The notes under the pieces were generated by a model. It did no database searches and was not told the origin of the DNA. It worked only from the letters and a program-made list of their open reading frames with translations. A stretch of 64,000 bases of DNA from Myxococcota bacterium (GTDB lineage: Bacteria > Myxococcota_A > UBA9160 > PR03), in the NCBI GenBank assembly GCA_041611735.1, contig JBFIML010000002.1, positions 64,001-128,000 on the forward strand. Reading direction: 5' to 3'. Position numbers and translations under genes: made by a program. Shown one piece after another: positions 19,040 through 28,376 of the stretch; positions within the stretch are counted from its first letter, which is position 1; every line of letters starts with the position of its first letter.

Positions 19040-20013
19040 GGGGCTTGCTCCGGCTCGAAGGGATGCCCCGTGTGGTGCAGGAAGACGTGCTCCAGGGTGG
19101 GACGCCGGAGCTCCACGGCCCGGATCCCCAAGGGACGCGCGGCCTCCAGGAGCGCCGGCAGGCGCTGGGGCCCGTCGCGCGTCACGATCGCGACGCGCAC
19201 GGGACCCCGCCCGGCGGGCGCGGGCTCCGGGACGACCCGGATCACACCCGGCACGGCGCCGAGGGCCGCCTCCACCCCCTCCCCGCGCTCGAGCTCGAGC
19301 GCCACGCGATCGCCGCCCAGGGCGGCCTTCAGGGCCTCGGGCTCCCCTTCCGTCACGAGCCGCCCGCGGTCGAGGATGCCGATCCGTCCACACAGGGTGT
19401 CGGCCTCCTGCATGGAGTGGGTGGTCAGGAAGAGCGTGGTCCCCCCCTCGGCGTGGACCCGTCGCAGGTGGTCCCAGACCGCCAGGCGGGCCGCCACGTC
19501 GAGCCCGACGGTGGGCTCGTCCAGGAAGAGGACGCGCGGCTGGTGGAGGAGCCCGCGGCCGATCTCGAGCCGGCGGCGCAGCCCCCCGGAGAGCTGCCGG
19601 ACCGGGCGGTCCGCGTCGCGCTCGAGCCCCAGCCACGCCAGGCTCTCCGCCACGCGACGCCTCCGCTCCGGCAGGTGGTAGAGCCGTGCGTGGAGATCGA
19701 GCTGCTCGCGTCCCGTGAGCTCGCGGTCCAGGGTCGGCTCCTGGAACACGATGCCGACCAGACCGCGCACCGCCCCACGCTCCGCCACCACGTCGCGGCC
19801 GAGCACGTGGGCCCCTCCGGCGGTGGGGCGGGTCTGGCTGGTCAGGATCGACACGGTCGTGGTCTTTCCGGCGCCGTTCGGTCCGAGCAGGCCGTAGCAG
19901 GCGCCCTGGGACACGCGGAGGTCGAGGCCGGCCAGGGCGTGCACGCTGCCGTAGCGCTTCTCGAGCCCGCAAGTCTCGAGAGCCGGGACGCGCGTTGTCG
20001 CGGCAGGGGGCAT
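19036..20013 (-). CDS. ABC transporter ATP-binding protein (DrrA-like)
   Basis: GPNGAGKT, LSGG, FLDEPT, LTTH. Confidence 0.95.
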   Translation of the reverse strand: MPPAATTRVPALETCGLEKRYGSVHALAGLDLRVSQGACYGLLGPNGAGKTTTVSILTSQTRPTAGGAHVLGRDVVAERGAVRGLVGIVFQEPTLDRELTGREQLDLHARLYHLPERRRRVAESLAWLGLERDADRPVRQLSGGLRRRLEIGRGLLHQPRVLFLDEPTVGLDVAARLAVWDHLRRVHAEGGTTLFLTTHSMQEADTLCGRIGILDRGRLVTEGEPEALKAALGGDRVALELERGEGVEAALGAVPGVIRVVPEPAPAGRGPVRVAIVTRDGPQRLPALLEAARPLGIRAVELRRPTLEHVFLHHTGHPFEPEQAP

Positions 20014-20081
20014 CTTCTACCGTCCGAGCGGGTCGCTGCGCCTGCGGGCGCGGCGGCGAGATCCTACGCAACGGAGCCTCC

Positions 20082-22292
20082 GTGCGCGACACGACCGCAG
20101 CGGACGTCCCGCGCCGCGCGCACCGCCTGGCCCGGGGCTTCGGGGCGCTGGTGGCCCTCACCTTCGGGCTGATCGTGCTCGGTGCGCTGGTGCGCGCCCA
20201 CGATGCCGGCCTGGCCTGCCCCGACTGGCCCCGCTGCTTCGGGGTCTGGGTCCCCGCCATGGACCTGCGCGTCGCCTTCGAGTGGACGCATCGTCTGCTG
20301 GCGGGCAGCGTGGGGGTCGTCTTCCTGGGTCTGGCCGGCCTGGCCCTGCGCGGCAGGGAGACCCGTCGCGCCGTGGGCATCCCGCTGGCGCTGGCCAGCG
20401 TCCTGCTGGTTTCCCAGGTGGTGCTGGGCGGCCTGACGGTGCTCCTCGGCCTCGCGCCCTGGACCGTGACCCTGCACCTGGTGACGGGAAACGCCTTCGC
20501 GGTGACGCTCCTCCTGGTGGCCCTGGGCCTGCGCGAGCAGGCGGCCCCGCGGCTGCGCGGGCCGGTTGCGCCGCGTGTGCAGGGGGCCGTGGTCGTCGTG
20601 GCCGGCCTGCTGGCGCTCCAGATCGTGCTGGGCGGCCTGGTCTCCTCCCACTACGCCGGGCTCGCCTGCCCGGACTGGCCCGCCTGCCACGGCGGGGCCT
20701 GGTTCCCCTCCTGGCAGGGTGCCGTCGGGCTCCACCTGCTGCACCGCAGCAACGGCTACCTGCTGCTGGCGGCCCTGGCCGGCGCCGCCTGGATCGCCCG
20801 CAGGCAGCAGCGCGTGGCACGCCCGCTCCGCCTACTGCTCGCCCTCGCCCTGCTGCAGGTCGCGGTGGGCGTGGCGAACGTGCTGCTGGCGATCCCGGTT
20901 GCGGTGACGGGGCTCCACTCGGCGCTGGCGGCGGCGCTGGTGCTCGGCCTGGGCTGGGGCGCCCGGGAGGCCTGGGCGCGGCCCGCGCCGGCGCCCGCGC
21001 GGCAGCCGCGGGTGGTCGTGGTCGGCGCCGGCTTCGGCGGCCTCGCCCTGGCACGTCGGCTCGCCGACGCACCCGCGGACGTACTCCTGATCGACCGCCA
21101 GAACTTCCACGCCTTCCTTCCGCTGCTCTACCAGGTGGCGACGGCAGGCCTGAGCGTGCAGGACGTGTCGCACCCCGTGAGGGCGATCCTGCGCGGACTG
21201 CCGAACGTGCGCTTCCGCCTGGGGGAGATCGTGGGCGGTGACCTGGAGGCCCGTGTGCTCCAGACCGCTACCGGTGACCGCATCCCCTACGACGTCCTGG
21301 TGCTCGCCGCCGGTAGCACCACGGAGTTCTTCGGCCGGGCCGACGTGGCCCGGCACGCCTTCCGGCTGCACCACGCCGCGGACGCCCTGGAGCTGCGCAA
21401 TCAGGTGCTCTCGGCCCTCGAGCGGGCCGACGTCGAAGCGGACCCCAAGCAGCGCGAGGCCCTGCTCGGCTTCGTGGTGGTGGGGGGCGGGCCCACGGGA
21501 GTCGAGCTGGCGGGCATGCTCGCCGAGCTGCGCCAGCACGTGCTGCCCCGGGACTTCCCCGGCATCGCCGCCGACATGCGCGTCGTCCTGGTGGAGGGTG
21601 GGGAGCGCCTGCTCCCCGCCCTGCCGGCGGGGCTGTCCCGACGCGCGCTGGAGCAGATGCGCGAGCTCGGGGCGGACGTTCGTCTCGACGCCTTCGTGGA
21701 GGCCGTGGACCCGGACGGGGTGCGTCTGCGGGGCGGCGAGCGGCTTTCGGCTCGCACGACGGTGTGGGCCGCTGGCGTGCGCGGGGCCGGTCTGGCCGCG
21801 GCCCTGGGCCTGCCGACCGACCGGCGCGGACGCGTCGCCGTGGGATCCACCCTGGAGGTGGCGGGGCGCCCGGACGTGTACGTGATCGGGGACCTGGCAT
21901 GCGCGGAGGGGCAGGCGTCGATCCCGCAGGTGGCGCCGGCAGCCATCCAGCAGGGACAGCTCGTGGCGGACAACCTGAAGCGCCGCGTGCTCGGCCGGCC
22001 CCCCGTGGCCTTCCGCTACCAGGACCTGGGCACCATGGCCACGATCGGGCGCAACCGCGCCGTCGCCCACCTGATGGGCCTCGAGATCGCGGGCCGGCTG
22101 GCATGGTGGGCCTGGCTGCTGGTGCACCTGGTGAAGCTGGTGGGGTTCCGCAACCGTCTCGTCGTGTTCGTGAACTGGATCTATCACTACTTCAGCTACG
22201 ACCTGGAGCTGCGGGCGGTGGTGGGGCCCGAGGCCCGGGCGCCCCGGTCGGAAGAATCCGCCGCAGCCGCGCGGCACGCAACCCAGCGATGA
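20082..22292 (+). CDS. Fusion protein: heme A synthase (CtaA/Cox15) + type II NADH dehydrogenase-like flavoprotein
   Basis: N-half: LACPDWPRC, FEWTHR, LHL, LACPDWPAC, LHR, LHSA. C-half: VVVGAGFGG, PLLYQVAT, GGGPTGVE, WAAGV, GD, YQDLGTMATIGR. No stop between them; GTG 20082 follows GGAG. Confidence 0.88.
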   Translation: MRDTTAADVPRRAHRLARGFGALVALTFGLIVLGALVRAHDAGLACPDWPRCFGVWVPAMDLRVAFEWTHRLLAGSVGVVFLGLAGLALRGRETRRAVGIPLALASVLLVSQVVLGGLTVLLGLAPWTVTLHLVTGNAFAVTLLLVALGLREQAAPRLRGPVAPRVQGAVVVVAGLLALQIVLGGLVSSHYAGLACPDWPACHGGAWFPSWQGAVGLHLLHRSNGYLLLAALAGAAWIARRQQRVARPLRLLLALALLQVAVGVANVLLAIPVAVTGLHSALAAALVLGLGWGAREAWARPAPAPARQPRVVVVGAGFGGLALARRLADAPADVLLIDRQNFHAFLPLLYQVATAGLSVQDVSHPVRAILRGLPNVRFRLGEIVGGDLEARVLQTATGDRIPYDVLVLAAGSTTEFFGRADVARHAFRLHHAADALELRNQVLSALERADVEADPKQREALLGFVVVGGGPTGVELAGMLAELRQHVLPRDFPGIAADMRVVLVEGGERLLPALPAGLSRRALEQMRELGADVRLDAFVEAVDPDGVRLRGGERLSARTTVWAAGVRGAGLAAALGLPTDRRGRVAVGSTLEVAGRPDVYVIGDLACAEGQASIPQVAPAAIQQGQLVADNLKRRVLGRPPVAFRYQDLGTMATIGRNRAVAHLMGLEIAGRLAWWAWLLVHLVKLVGFRNRLVVFVNWIYHYFSYDLELRAVVGPEARAPRSEESAAAARHATQR

Positions 22293-22308
22293 GCTACAAC
22301 CAGCCGCC

Positions 22309-22791
22309 ATGCGCGCCTGGCAGATCTTCGCGGGCATGTCGCCGGAGCAGGTCCAGGCGTGGTGCCGGCGCCTGGCGGACGAGTCACCGCCCGCCTTCGC
22401 CCAGGCGCTGGCCGCGGCCGCGGCGCTCTTGAAGGCGCGGCCGGTCTACGTGCGCAAGCTCCCCTTCGAACGTCGCGCGGAGCTGGTGCGTCGCGCCCTG
22501 GCCCGGGTGGCAGCCAACGACCTGGCCGAGGAGATACTGGCCAGCTACTTCCTGGACTGCCGGCGCGAGCTGCTCGAGGAATGGCTCGACGCGGTGGGCG
22601 TCGAACACGAGGATGGGATGCTCAAGAGCGATGCGCCGGCCGCGCCCGCCAAGAGGAAGCTCGACGCGGCGGTGAAGCGCTTCCGGGCCGGCGGCGGCGA
22701 CACGGACAGCAGCGACCGCGAGCTCCTGCTGCGCACCTTTGCGGCCCAGCGCGCCATCGAATGGCCGGACCTCGACGCCCTGCTGGCCTGA
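22309..22791 (+). CDS. Hypothetical protein
   Basis: Helical, protein-like sequence (WLDAVGVEHEDG) with high-GC codon usage. Confidence 0.7.
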   Translation: MRAWQIFAGMSPEQVQAWCRRLADESPPAFAQALAAAAALLKARPVYVRKLPFERRAELVRRALARVAANDLAEEILASYFLDCRRELLEEWLDAVGVEHEDGMLKSDAPAAPAKRKLDAAVKRFRAGGGDTDSSDRELLLRTFAAQRAIEWPDLDALLA

Positions 22792-22797
22792 CGCCCG

Positions 22798-22823
22798 GGC
22801 CTCGCCGGGGAGCCGGCGAGGCC
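22798..22823. terminator. Hairpin between convergent genes
   Basis: GGCCTCGCCGG-ggag-CCGGCGAGGCC, perfect 11-bp stem. Confidence 0.55.
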
Positions 22824-22827
22824 GGCC

Positions 22828-23682
22828 TCACGAGCCCAGAGTGATGGCAGCGTTGCTGATGACCGGCGACTGGCGCTCCCGGGTCTGCGCCGCCAGCAGG
22901 ATGCGGTCGCCCTCCTCCCAGAGCGAGGTCACGACCGTCTCGCCCGGGAAGACGACGCCCGCGAAGCGGGCCTGGTAGCGCGCTACCCGCGCCACGTCCC
23001 CGCCCAGCACCTGGTCCACCACCGCCTTGCACACGATCCCGAACGAGCACAGCCCGTGCAGGATGGGTCGGTCGAAACCGCCGAGCTTGGCGAAGTCCGG
23101 GTCGGCGTGGAGCGGGTTCTTGTCGCCCGAGAGGCGGTAGAGGAGCGCCTGCTGGGGCAAGGTGGGCGACTCCACCACCCGGTCCGGCTTCCGCTCCGGT
23201 GGCTGGTTGCCGGCCTTCGGCCCCGCCTCCCCGCCGAAGCCACCTTCGCCGCGCAGGAAGATGGAGGAGCGGTTCGTGAACAGCTTCTTCCCGGAGTCGT
23301 TCCGGGTCTCCACCTCGACGACCACGAGCGCGGCCTTTCCCTTGTCGTAGACCCCGGCGATGCGGCCGGCGCTCTGCACCCGGGCCTGGGTCGGGATCGG
23401 ACCGAACAGCTCGATGTCCTGCTCGCCGTGCAGCAGCAGGGCCGGATTGAACTGCAGCCCGGGCACACCCAGGATGCCCCCCATGGCGGGAAAGGCGGGG
23501 ATCACCCCGTAGCTCGGCATCACCCGGAGGCTCTTCTCGTAGGTGAGGGCCAGCTCGCCCGGCTCGGTGGGCGGGTTCCCGGCCCCGATGCCCAGGTGGT
23601 AGAGGATCACGCGGTCCGGGTCCCACTGGTACGGGACCGGCGGAAGCTCCGCTCCGAGCGCCTTGTGCGGATCGATCGGCAT
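22828..23682 (-). CDS. MaoC-type (R)-enoyl-CoA hydratase 2 (MFE-2 hydratase-like)
   Basis: LLHGEQ, YRLSGDKNPLHADP, PILHGLC, VFPGET. Confidence 0.93.
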   Translation of the reverse strand: MPIDPHKALGAELPPVPYQWDPDRVILYHLGIGAGNPPTEPGELALTYEKSLRVMPSYGVIPAFPAMGGILGVPGLQFNPALLLHGEQDIELFGPIPTQARVQSAGRIAGVYDKGKAALVVVEVETRNDSGKKLFTNRSSIFLRGEGGFGGEAGPKAGNQPPERKPDRVVESPTLPQQALLYRLSGDKNPLHADPDFAKLGGFDRPILHGLCSFGIVCKAVVDQVLGGDVARVARYQARFAGVVFPGETVVTSLWEEGDRILLAAQTRERQSPVISNAAITLGS

Positions 23683-23693
23683 GGCCCCCTCCC

Positions 23694-24596
23694 CTACTTC
23701 AAGAGCTCGAGCAAGAGCTTCATCTCGTCGGCGATGCTGTCCGGGATGATGAAGCCGTCCGTCTTGCGGATCTCGTCCATGTGGTCCCGCACCTCCTCGG
23801 CGCCGGGCTTGGCGTCGGGGCCCGCGAACCAGCCCCGGGTGAGACCGACGAACATGCGCGCGTAGCGTCCGCCGCCCACCGAGAAGATCTGGTGGGTGAG
23901 GTCGCACTGCTCCGAGCAGAGGTACGTGACGAGCGGCGTCACGCACTCCGGATCCAGCTTCTCCGCCATGGGCCCGAGCAGCTCCTCGGTCATGCGCGTG
24001 CGGGCCACGGGCGCGATCACGTTGCTCTTGATGTTGTACTTGGCGCCCTCGATGGCGAGCACGTTCGAGAGCCCGACCAGACCCATCTTGGCCGCGCCGT
24101 AGTTGGTCTGCCCGAAGTTGCCGAGCAGACCCGCGTTGGAGGCGGTGAAGACCACACGCCCGTAGTTGTTGTCCTTCATGGCGCGGAAGGCCGGCTGGGT
24201 GACGAAGAAGGCGCCCTTCAGGTGGACGGCCAGCACCGCCTCCAGGTCCTCGGGCGGGAGCTTGGCGAAGGTCTTGTCGCGCAGGATGCCCGCATTGTTG
24301 ATCACCACGTCGAGGCGCCCGAAGGCGTCGAGGGCCGTCTTCACCATGGCCTCGCCGCCCTCGGGGGTGGCGACCGAGTCATAGTTGGCCACGGCCTCGC
24401 CGCCGGCCTCCTGGATCTCCTTCACGGTCTCGTCGGCCATGCTGTGGCCGCCGCCCTCGCCGCGCGTGCTGCCACCCAGGTCGTTCACCACCAGCTTGGC
24501 ACCGCGCCGTGCCATCTCCAGGGAGTAGGTCTTGCCGAGGCCACCGCCTGCTCCGGTCACGAGGGCGACCCGTCCGTCGAAGCGAATCTCGCTCAT
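23694..24596 (-). CDS. SDR, MFE-2/HSD17B4 dehydrogenase-like
   Basis: TGAGGGLG, VVNDLGG, NNAGILRD, GNFGQTNYGAAK. Confidence 0.93.
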   Translation of the reverse strand: MSEIRFDGRVALVTGAGGGLGKTYSLEMARRGAKLVVNDLGGSTRGEGGGHSMADETVKEIQEAGGEAVANYDSVATPEGGEAMVKTALDAFGRLDVVINNAGILRDKTFAKLPPEDLEAVLAVHLKGAFFVTQPAFRAMKDNNYGRVVFTASNAGLLGNFGQTNYGAAKMGLVGLSNVLAIEGAKYNIKSNVIAPVARTRMTEELLGPMAEKLDPECVTPLVTYLCSEQCDLTHQIFSVGGGRYARMFVGLTRGWFAGPDAKPGAEEVRDHMDEIRKTDGFIIPDSIADEMKLLLELLK

Positions 24597-24684
24597 GAAG
24601 CCTCCTGGGGGGGCGCGCGCAAGCGCGCCGCCAGTGAAAGCGCCGCTGCCCGGGGACCTCCCCGGGCCCGACAACATACGCCGG

Positions 24685-25812
24685 CTAGCCGGCCGAGGCC
24701 ATCTCCTTGAAGGCCCGACCGATCTTCTTGCGGCCGCGATTGATCTCCCGGAGCTCGGCCATGGCCGCGTCGGCGATGTCCTCGCCGGCGACCCACTCGC
24801 CCTCGCGCGCGAGCTCGCCCATGTCCACCCAGGCGGCGTAGAGGGGACGGGTCCGCTCGGTGATGATGCCGGCGTTGGCCAGCGTCTTGATCAGCACCCG
24901 GAAGATGTTGGTACTCTGCCGCATGAGCCGGCGGCGATCCTCGTCGGTGAAGGCCTCCTGGACCGCGCTCCGCACCCACTGCCAGTCGAGCCCGAACTGC
25001 GGGTAGAGTGCCTGCTTCTGTTCCGCGTTGACGAGGTTGTTGAAGACCCGGTGGAAGCAGTGGGCCGCCCAGTCCTCGACCTTCACGTGCTCCTCTTCGG
25101 TCAGCTTGGGAACGGTGCGGTTGGCCCAGATGCGCCCGAAGCGGTGGTGGAAGGCCTCATCGGTCATGACGAGCTGCACCACGCGGCGCAACAGCGGGTC
25201 GTTGGTCCGGGAGTGGAGGGTGGCGAAGGCGCCCATGGCGAGCCCCTCGATGAGCATCTGCATGCCCACCAGCTTCTTGTACACCTGCGGAGCCTCCACG
25301 ATCTCGACCATGAGCTCCCGCAGCGTCCGGCCCGCCTCGATCGGGGTGCCCCAGCGGGCCTGGATGTAGCGCGAGAAGGCGGTCACGTGGCGCGCCTCCT
25401 CCCGCACCTGGTTGGCGGCGTACTCCTGGGCGCCCGGGTCGTAGAGCACGTCGCACAGGCTCGCCGAGAGCGAGAGCGCGCCCTGCTCTCCGTGCAGGAT
25501 CTGGGAGAGGTTGAAGCGCGTCACCTCGTTGGCGAGACGGATCTTCTGGCCCTCGTCGAGGCGATCCGCCACCGCGCAGTTGAGCTCCACCACGAAGTCG
25601 CGCGGCATCAAGGTCTCGTTGGCGACGTCGAAGGGCTGCTGGAAGTCCACGTAGCTCGGGTCGTTCGGATCCCAGAAGTGGTCCACGGTGGCCGAGATGA
25701 TCTCGTCGAAGGCGCCCGTACGCCGCGCGTAGCGCTCCACCTCGATCATCGAGGCGAAATCGTCGGGAGCGACGGTGTCGTAGATCGGATCGTGGGTGAT
25801 GTGATCAGCCAT
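24685..25812 (-). CDS. Ferritin-like diiron-carboxylate protein (second paralog)
   Basis: HGEQGAL, EEARH, IEGLAMG, DEAFHH. Confidence 0.87.
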   Translation of the reverse strand: MADHITHDPIYDTVAPDDFASMIEVERYARRTGAFDEIISATVDHFWDPNDPSYVDFQQPFDVANETLMPRDFVVELNCAVADRLDEGQKIRLANEVTRFNLSQILHGEQGALSLSASLCDVLYDPGAQEYAANQVREEARHVTAFSRYIQARWGTPIEAGRTLRELMVEIVEAPQVYKKLVGMQMLIEGLAMGAFATLHSRTNDPLLRRVVQLVMTDEAFHHRFGRIWANRTVPKLTEEEHVKVEDWAAHCFHRVFNNLVNAEQKQALYPQFGLDWQWVRSAVQEAFTDEDRRRLMRQSTNIFRVLIKTLANAGIITERTRPLYAAWVDMGELAREGEWVAGEDIADAAMAELREINRGRKKIGRAFKEMASAG

Positions 25813-25838
25813 GGCTCTCGCGTCTCCTCCTGACGGCT

Positions 25839-26447
25839 TCAGGCCGCGGCCAGCGGATGCAGCCGCACCAGGGTGTCTACCACCGCCTCGCGGGGGGCGC
25901 GGGTGGGATCCTCCACCCACCACGCCACCACGCGGGTCCACATGGCCACCAGCGCCCGGGCGGCCACGGCCGGGTCGAGACCCGGCGCCAGCGCCCCCGC
26001 CTCGAGCCGCTCGCGCAGGCGGGCTTCGACCCCCGGCAGCAGCTCGTCCACCACCGCCTCGCCGAGATCGGGAGCCTCCGGGCCGCGCCCGAACAGGACC
26101 TGCACGAGGCTGCGGTTCTCCTCGGCGAAGGCCACCAGCTCGGCGGTCGACGCGTGCAGGACAGCGGCCGGATCGGCGCCGGCCGCGCGCCGGGCCCGCT
26201 CCATGCGAGCACGCAGGCGTCCCAGGGCATCGAAGACGATCTCCCGGAACAGCTCGCGCTTGTCCCGGAAGTGGAGGTAGTAGGTTCCCGCGGCGACCCC
26301 GGCGCGACGGGCGATCTGCACGGTGGTGGTGCGGTGCAGGCCCTGGCGGGCGAACAGCTCGGTGCCCGCATCGACCAGACGCCTGCGCGTCTCGAGGCGG
26401 CTGCGACCGGGGGCGGTGGCGGGGTCGCGGGGGAGGGTGATTCTCAT
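25839..26447 (-). CDS. TetR-family transcriptional regulator
   Basis: TRRRLVDAGTELFARQG...IARRAGVAAGTYYLHFRDK. Confidence 0.93.
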   Translation of the reverse strand: MRITLPRDPATAPGRSRLETRRRLVDAGTELFARQGLHRTTTVQIARRAGVAAGTYYLHFRDKRELFREIVFDALGRLRARMERARRAAGADPAAVLHASTAELVAFAEENRSLVQVLFGRGPEAPDLGEAVVDELLPGVEARLRERLEAGALAPGLDPAVAARALVAMWTRVVAWWVEDPTRAPREAVVDTLVRLHPLAAA

Positions 26448-26451
26448 TTCA

Positions 26452-26475
26452 TGGACTGAAGCGGATTTCAGTCCA
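26452..26475. promoter_or_regulatory. Putative TetR operator (inverted repeat)
   Basis: TGGACTGAA-N6-TTCAGTCCA immediately upstream of the tetR ATG. Confidence 0.65.
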
Positions 26476-26528
26476 CGCAGGGTAGACGCCTCCCAGCCGG
26501 GTCGTCAAACGGAAGACAGCCGGGGACC

Positions 26529-27035
26529 TCAGCTCCCTGCGGGGGCGGATGCCTCCACGGGGATCTCCAGGGCCGGAGGGGCCAGCGCCCGGGACGCGAT
26601 TCGCAGCGCCGCGGCGAGTCGCGGCACGTCCACGCCCAGCAGGCGGGGAGGCAGGCCGGCCAGGCTCGCCGCGGCACGCAGCGCCAGGCGTCGGGACGCC
26701 GCCCCGTGACCGCAGGCGCGCTGGAGCTCCGCGGCGGCAGCCAGCACCAGGGCCTTCATCAGACGGCCCTCGGCGGAGCTGCGGCCGAAGGCGAACCACA
26801 GCCCCTCCAGGAGCTCGTGACTCTCCCACCAGTAGCCGGCGTGGAACAGGTCGAGGGCGTAGAGGTAGTCACTGCTGGTGCGCCAGGACTCCGGCGCGAA
26901 GGCCGCGGGCACGGGCTCCGCGCTGCCGTAGGAGTGACCGTCGGGGCTGCGGCGGGGGTGCGGGTGGCGGCCGGGCCGATAGGCGTAGGCCGGGAAGGGA
27001 CATCTCGTCCAGCGGCGCGCCAGCCGGGTGGACAC
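26529..27035 (-). CDS. DUF309-family protein
   Basis: LFHAGYWWESHELLEGLW matches the DUF309 motif FNxGxYWEAHExLExxW. Confidence 0.8.
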   Translation of the reverse strand: MSTRLARRWTRCPFPAYAYRPGRHPHPRRSPDGHSYGSAEPVPAAFAPESWRTSSDYLYALDLFHAGYWWESHELLEGLWFAFGRSSAEGRLMKALVLAAAAELQRACGHGAASRRLALRAAASLAGLPPRLLGVDVPRLAAALRIASRALAPPALEIPVEASAPAGS

Positions 27036-27050
27036 GCCGGTCCGTCGGGG

Positions 27051-27857
27051 TCAGACCAGACCGCGCCGCGCGATCAGCTCGCTGATGCGGCGGGTGAGGG
27101 CGCGGGGGACCGAGCGCGTGAAGGCGGCCAGGGCACGGTTGCCCAGCCCCGGGATGCAGATCACGTCGCCCCGGCGCAGGGCCGCCAGCGACGCCTCCAC
27201 CACCGGCGCCGGCTCCATCCAGGCGAAGGAGGGAATCCGGCTCGCATCGACGCCGGCCCGCTCCTGGAACTCCGTGCGGGTGAAGCCCGGGCAGAGCGCC
27301 TGGACGCGCACGCCGCTGCCGCGCAGCTCCTCGTGGAGGGCCTCGGTCAGGGAGTTCACGAAGGACTTGGTGGCCCCGTAGGTGGCGTTGTACGGGCTGG
27401 GCTGGAAGGCGGCCAGGGAGGAGACGTTGATGACGGACCCGTGGCCGCGCTCGACGAAGCCGTCCAGGGCTGCGCGGGTGAGCCGCAGCAGGGCGATCAC
27501 GTTCAGCCGGACCTCTTCCTCTTCGCGATCCGGGTCGAGCTCCGCAAAGCGCCCGAGCGTGCCGAACCCGGCGTTGTTCACCAGCAGGTCGAGGGTGCGT
27601 TCGGAGGCGATGCGCTCCTCGACGCGGCGCAGGTCCTCGGTCCGCGTCAAGTCCGCGGCGAGCACCGTCACGTCGTGGCCATGGGCCTCGCGCAGCCGCT
27701 TGGCCAGCGCCTCCAGCCGCTCGCGGTTGCGGGCCACCAGGACGAGGTCGTAGAGGTCCCGGGCCAGGCGCTCGGCGAAGGCCTGGCCCAGGCCCGCCGA
27801 GGCGCCCGTCACGAGCGCCGTGCGGCGCGGGCCCGGATGTTCGTGGGCTGCCGACAT
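27051..27857 (-). CDS. Short-chain dehydrogenase/reductase
   Basis: TGASAGLG, NNAGFG, YGATK, LCPGFTRTEF. Confidence 0.93.
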   Translation of the reverse strand: MSAAHEHPGPRRTALVTGASAGLGQAFAERLARDLYDLVLVARNRERLEALAKRLREAHGHDVTVLAADLTRTEDLRRVEERIASERTLDLLVNNAGFGTLGRFAELDPDREEEEVRLNVIALLRLTRAALDGFVERGHGSVINVSSLAAFQPSPYNATYGATKSFVNSLTEALHEELRGSGVRVQALCPGFTRTEFQERAGVDASRIPSFAWMEPAPVVEASLAALRRGDVICIPGLGNRALAAFTRSVPRALTRRISELIARRGLV

Positions 27858-27932
27858 GACGGAACCTCCCCGGGCCGACGACGTGGGACGCGCCGCGGCG
27901 TCGAGAGAGCATGACACCCGGGCGGGGTTGCG

Positions 27933-28310
27933 TCAGCTCTCCTCCACCAGCTCCAGCACCCGCTCCGGCGGGCGCCCCACCACGGCCCGCCGGCCCCGCA
28001 CCAGGATCGGCCGTTCCATCAGGATGGGATGGCGGGCCATGGCCTCGAGCAGCGCGTCCGGCGGCGAATCGACCGAGAGGCCCGCCTCCCGGAAGGCCCC
28101 CTCCCCCCGCCGCACCCAGTCTCCCGGCGGACGGCCCAGCCGCCGCCCGAGCTCCTGGAGCTCCGGCCGCGAGAGCGGCTCCTCCAGGTAGCGTCGCTCG
28201 GCGAAACGCACGCCTCGCTCCTGCAGCACGGCCCGCGCCGCCCGGCTCTTGGAGCAGCGGGGATTGTGAAGCAGGACGAGCTCCTGCTCGGATCGGGGCA
28301 GGCCGGGCAC
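27933..28310 (-). CDS. ArsC/Spx-family reductase (glutaredoxin-type ArsC-like)
   Basis: HNPRCSKSR, HPILMERPI, VGRPPE. Start approximate. Confidence 0.88.
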   Translation of the reverse strand: MPGLPRSEQELVLLHNPRCSKSRAARAVLQERGVRFAERRYLEEPLSRPELQELGRRLGRPPGDWVRRGEGAFREAGLSVDSPPDALLEAMARHPILMERPILVRGRRAVVGRPPERVLELVEES

Positions 28311-28376
28311 CGTGGAGTCCTCTTCACCTATGCTACCCGACACGAAGGCGGGCGCGGACGCCTGCCGGGGGCCTGC

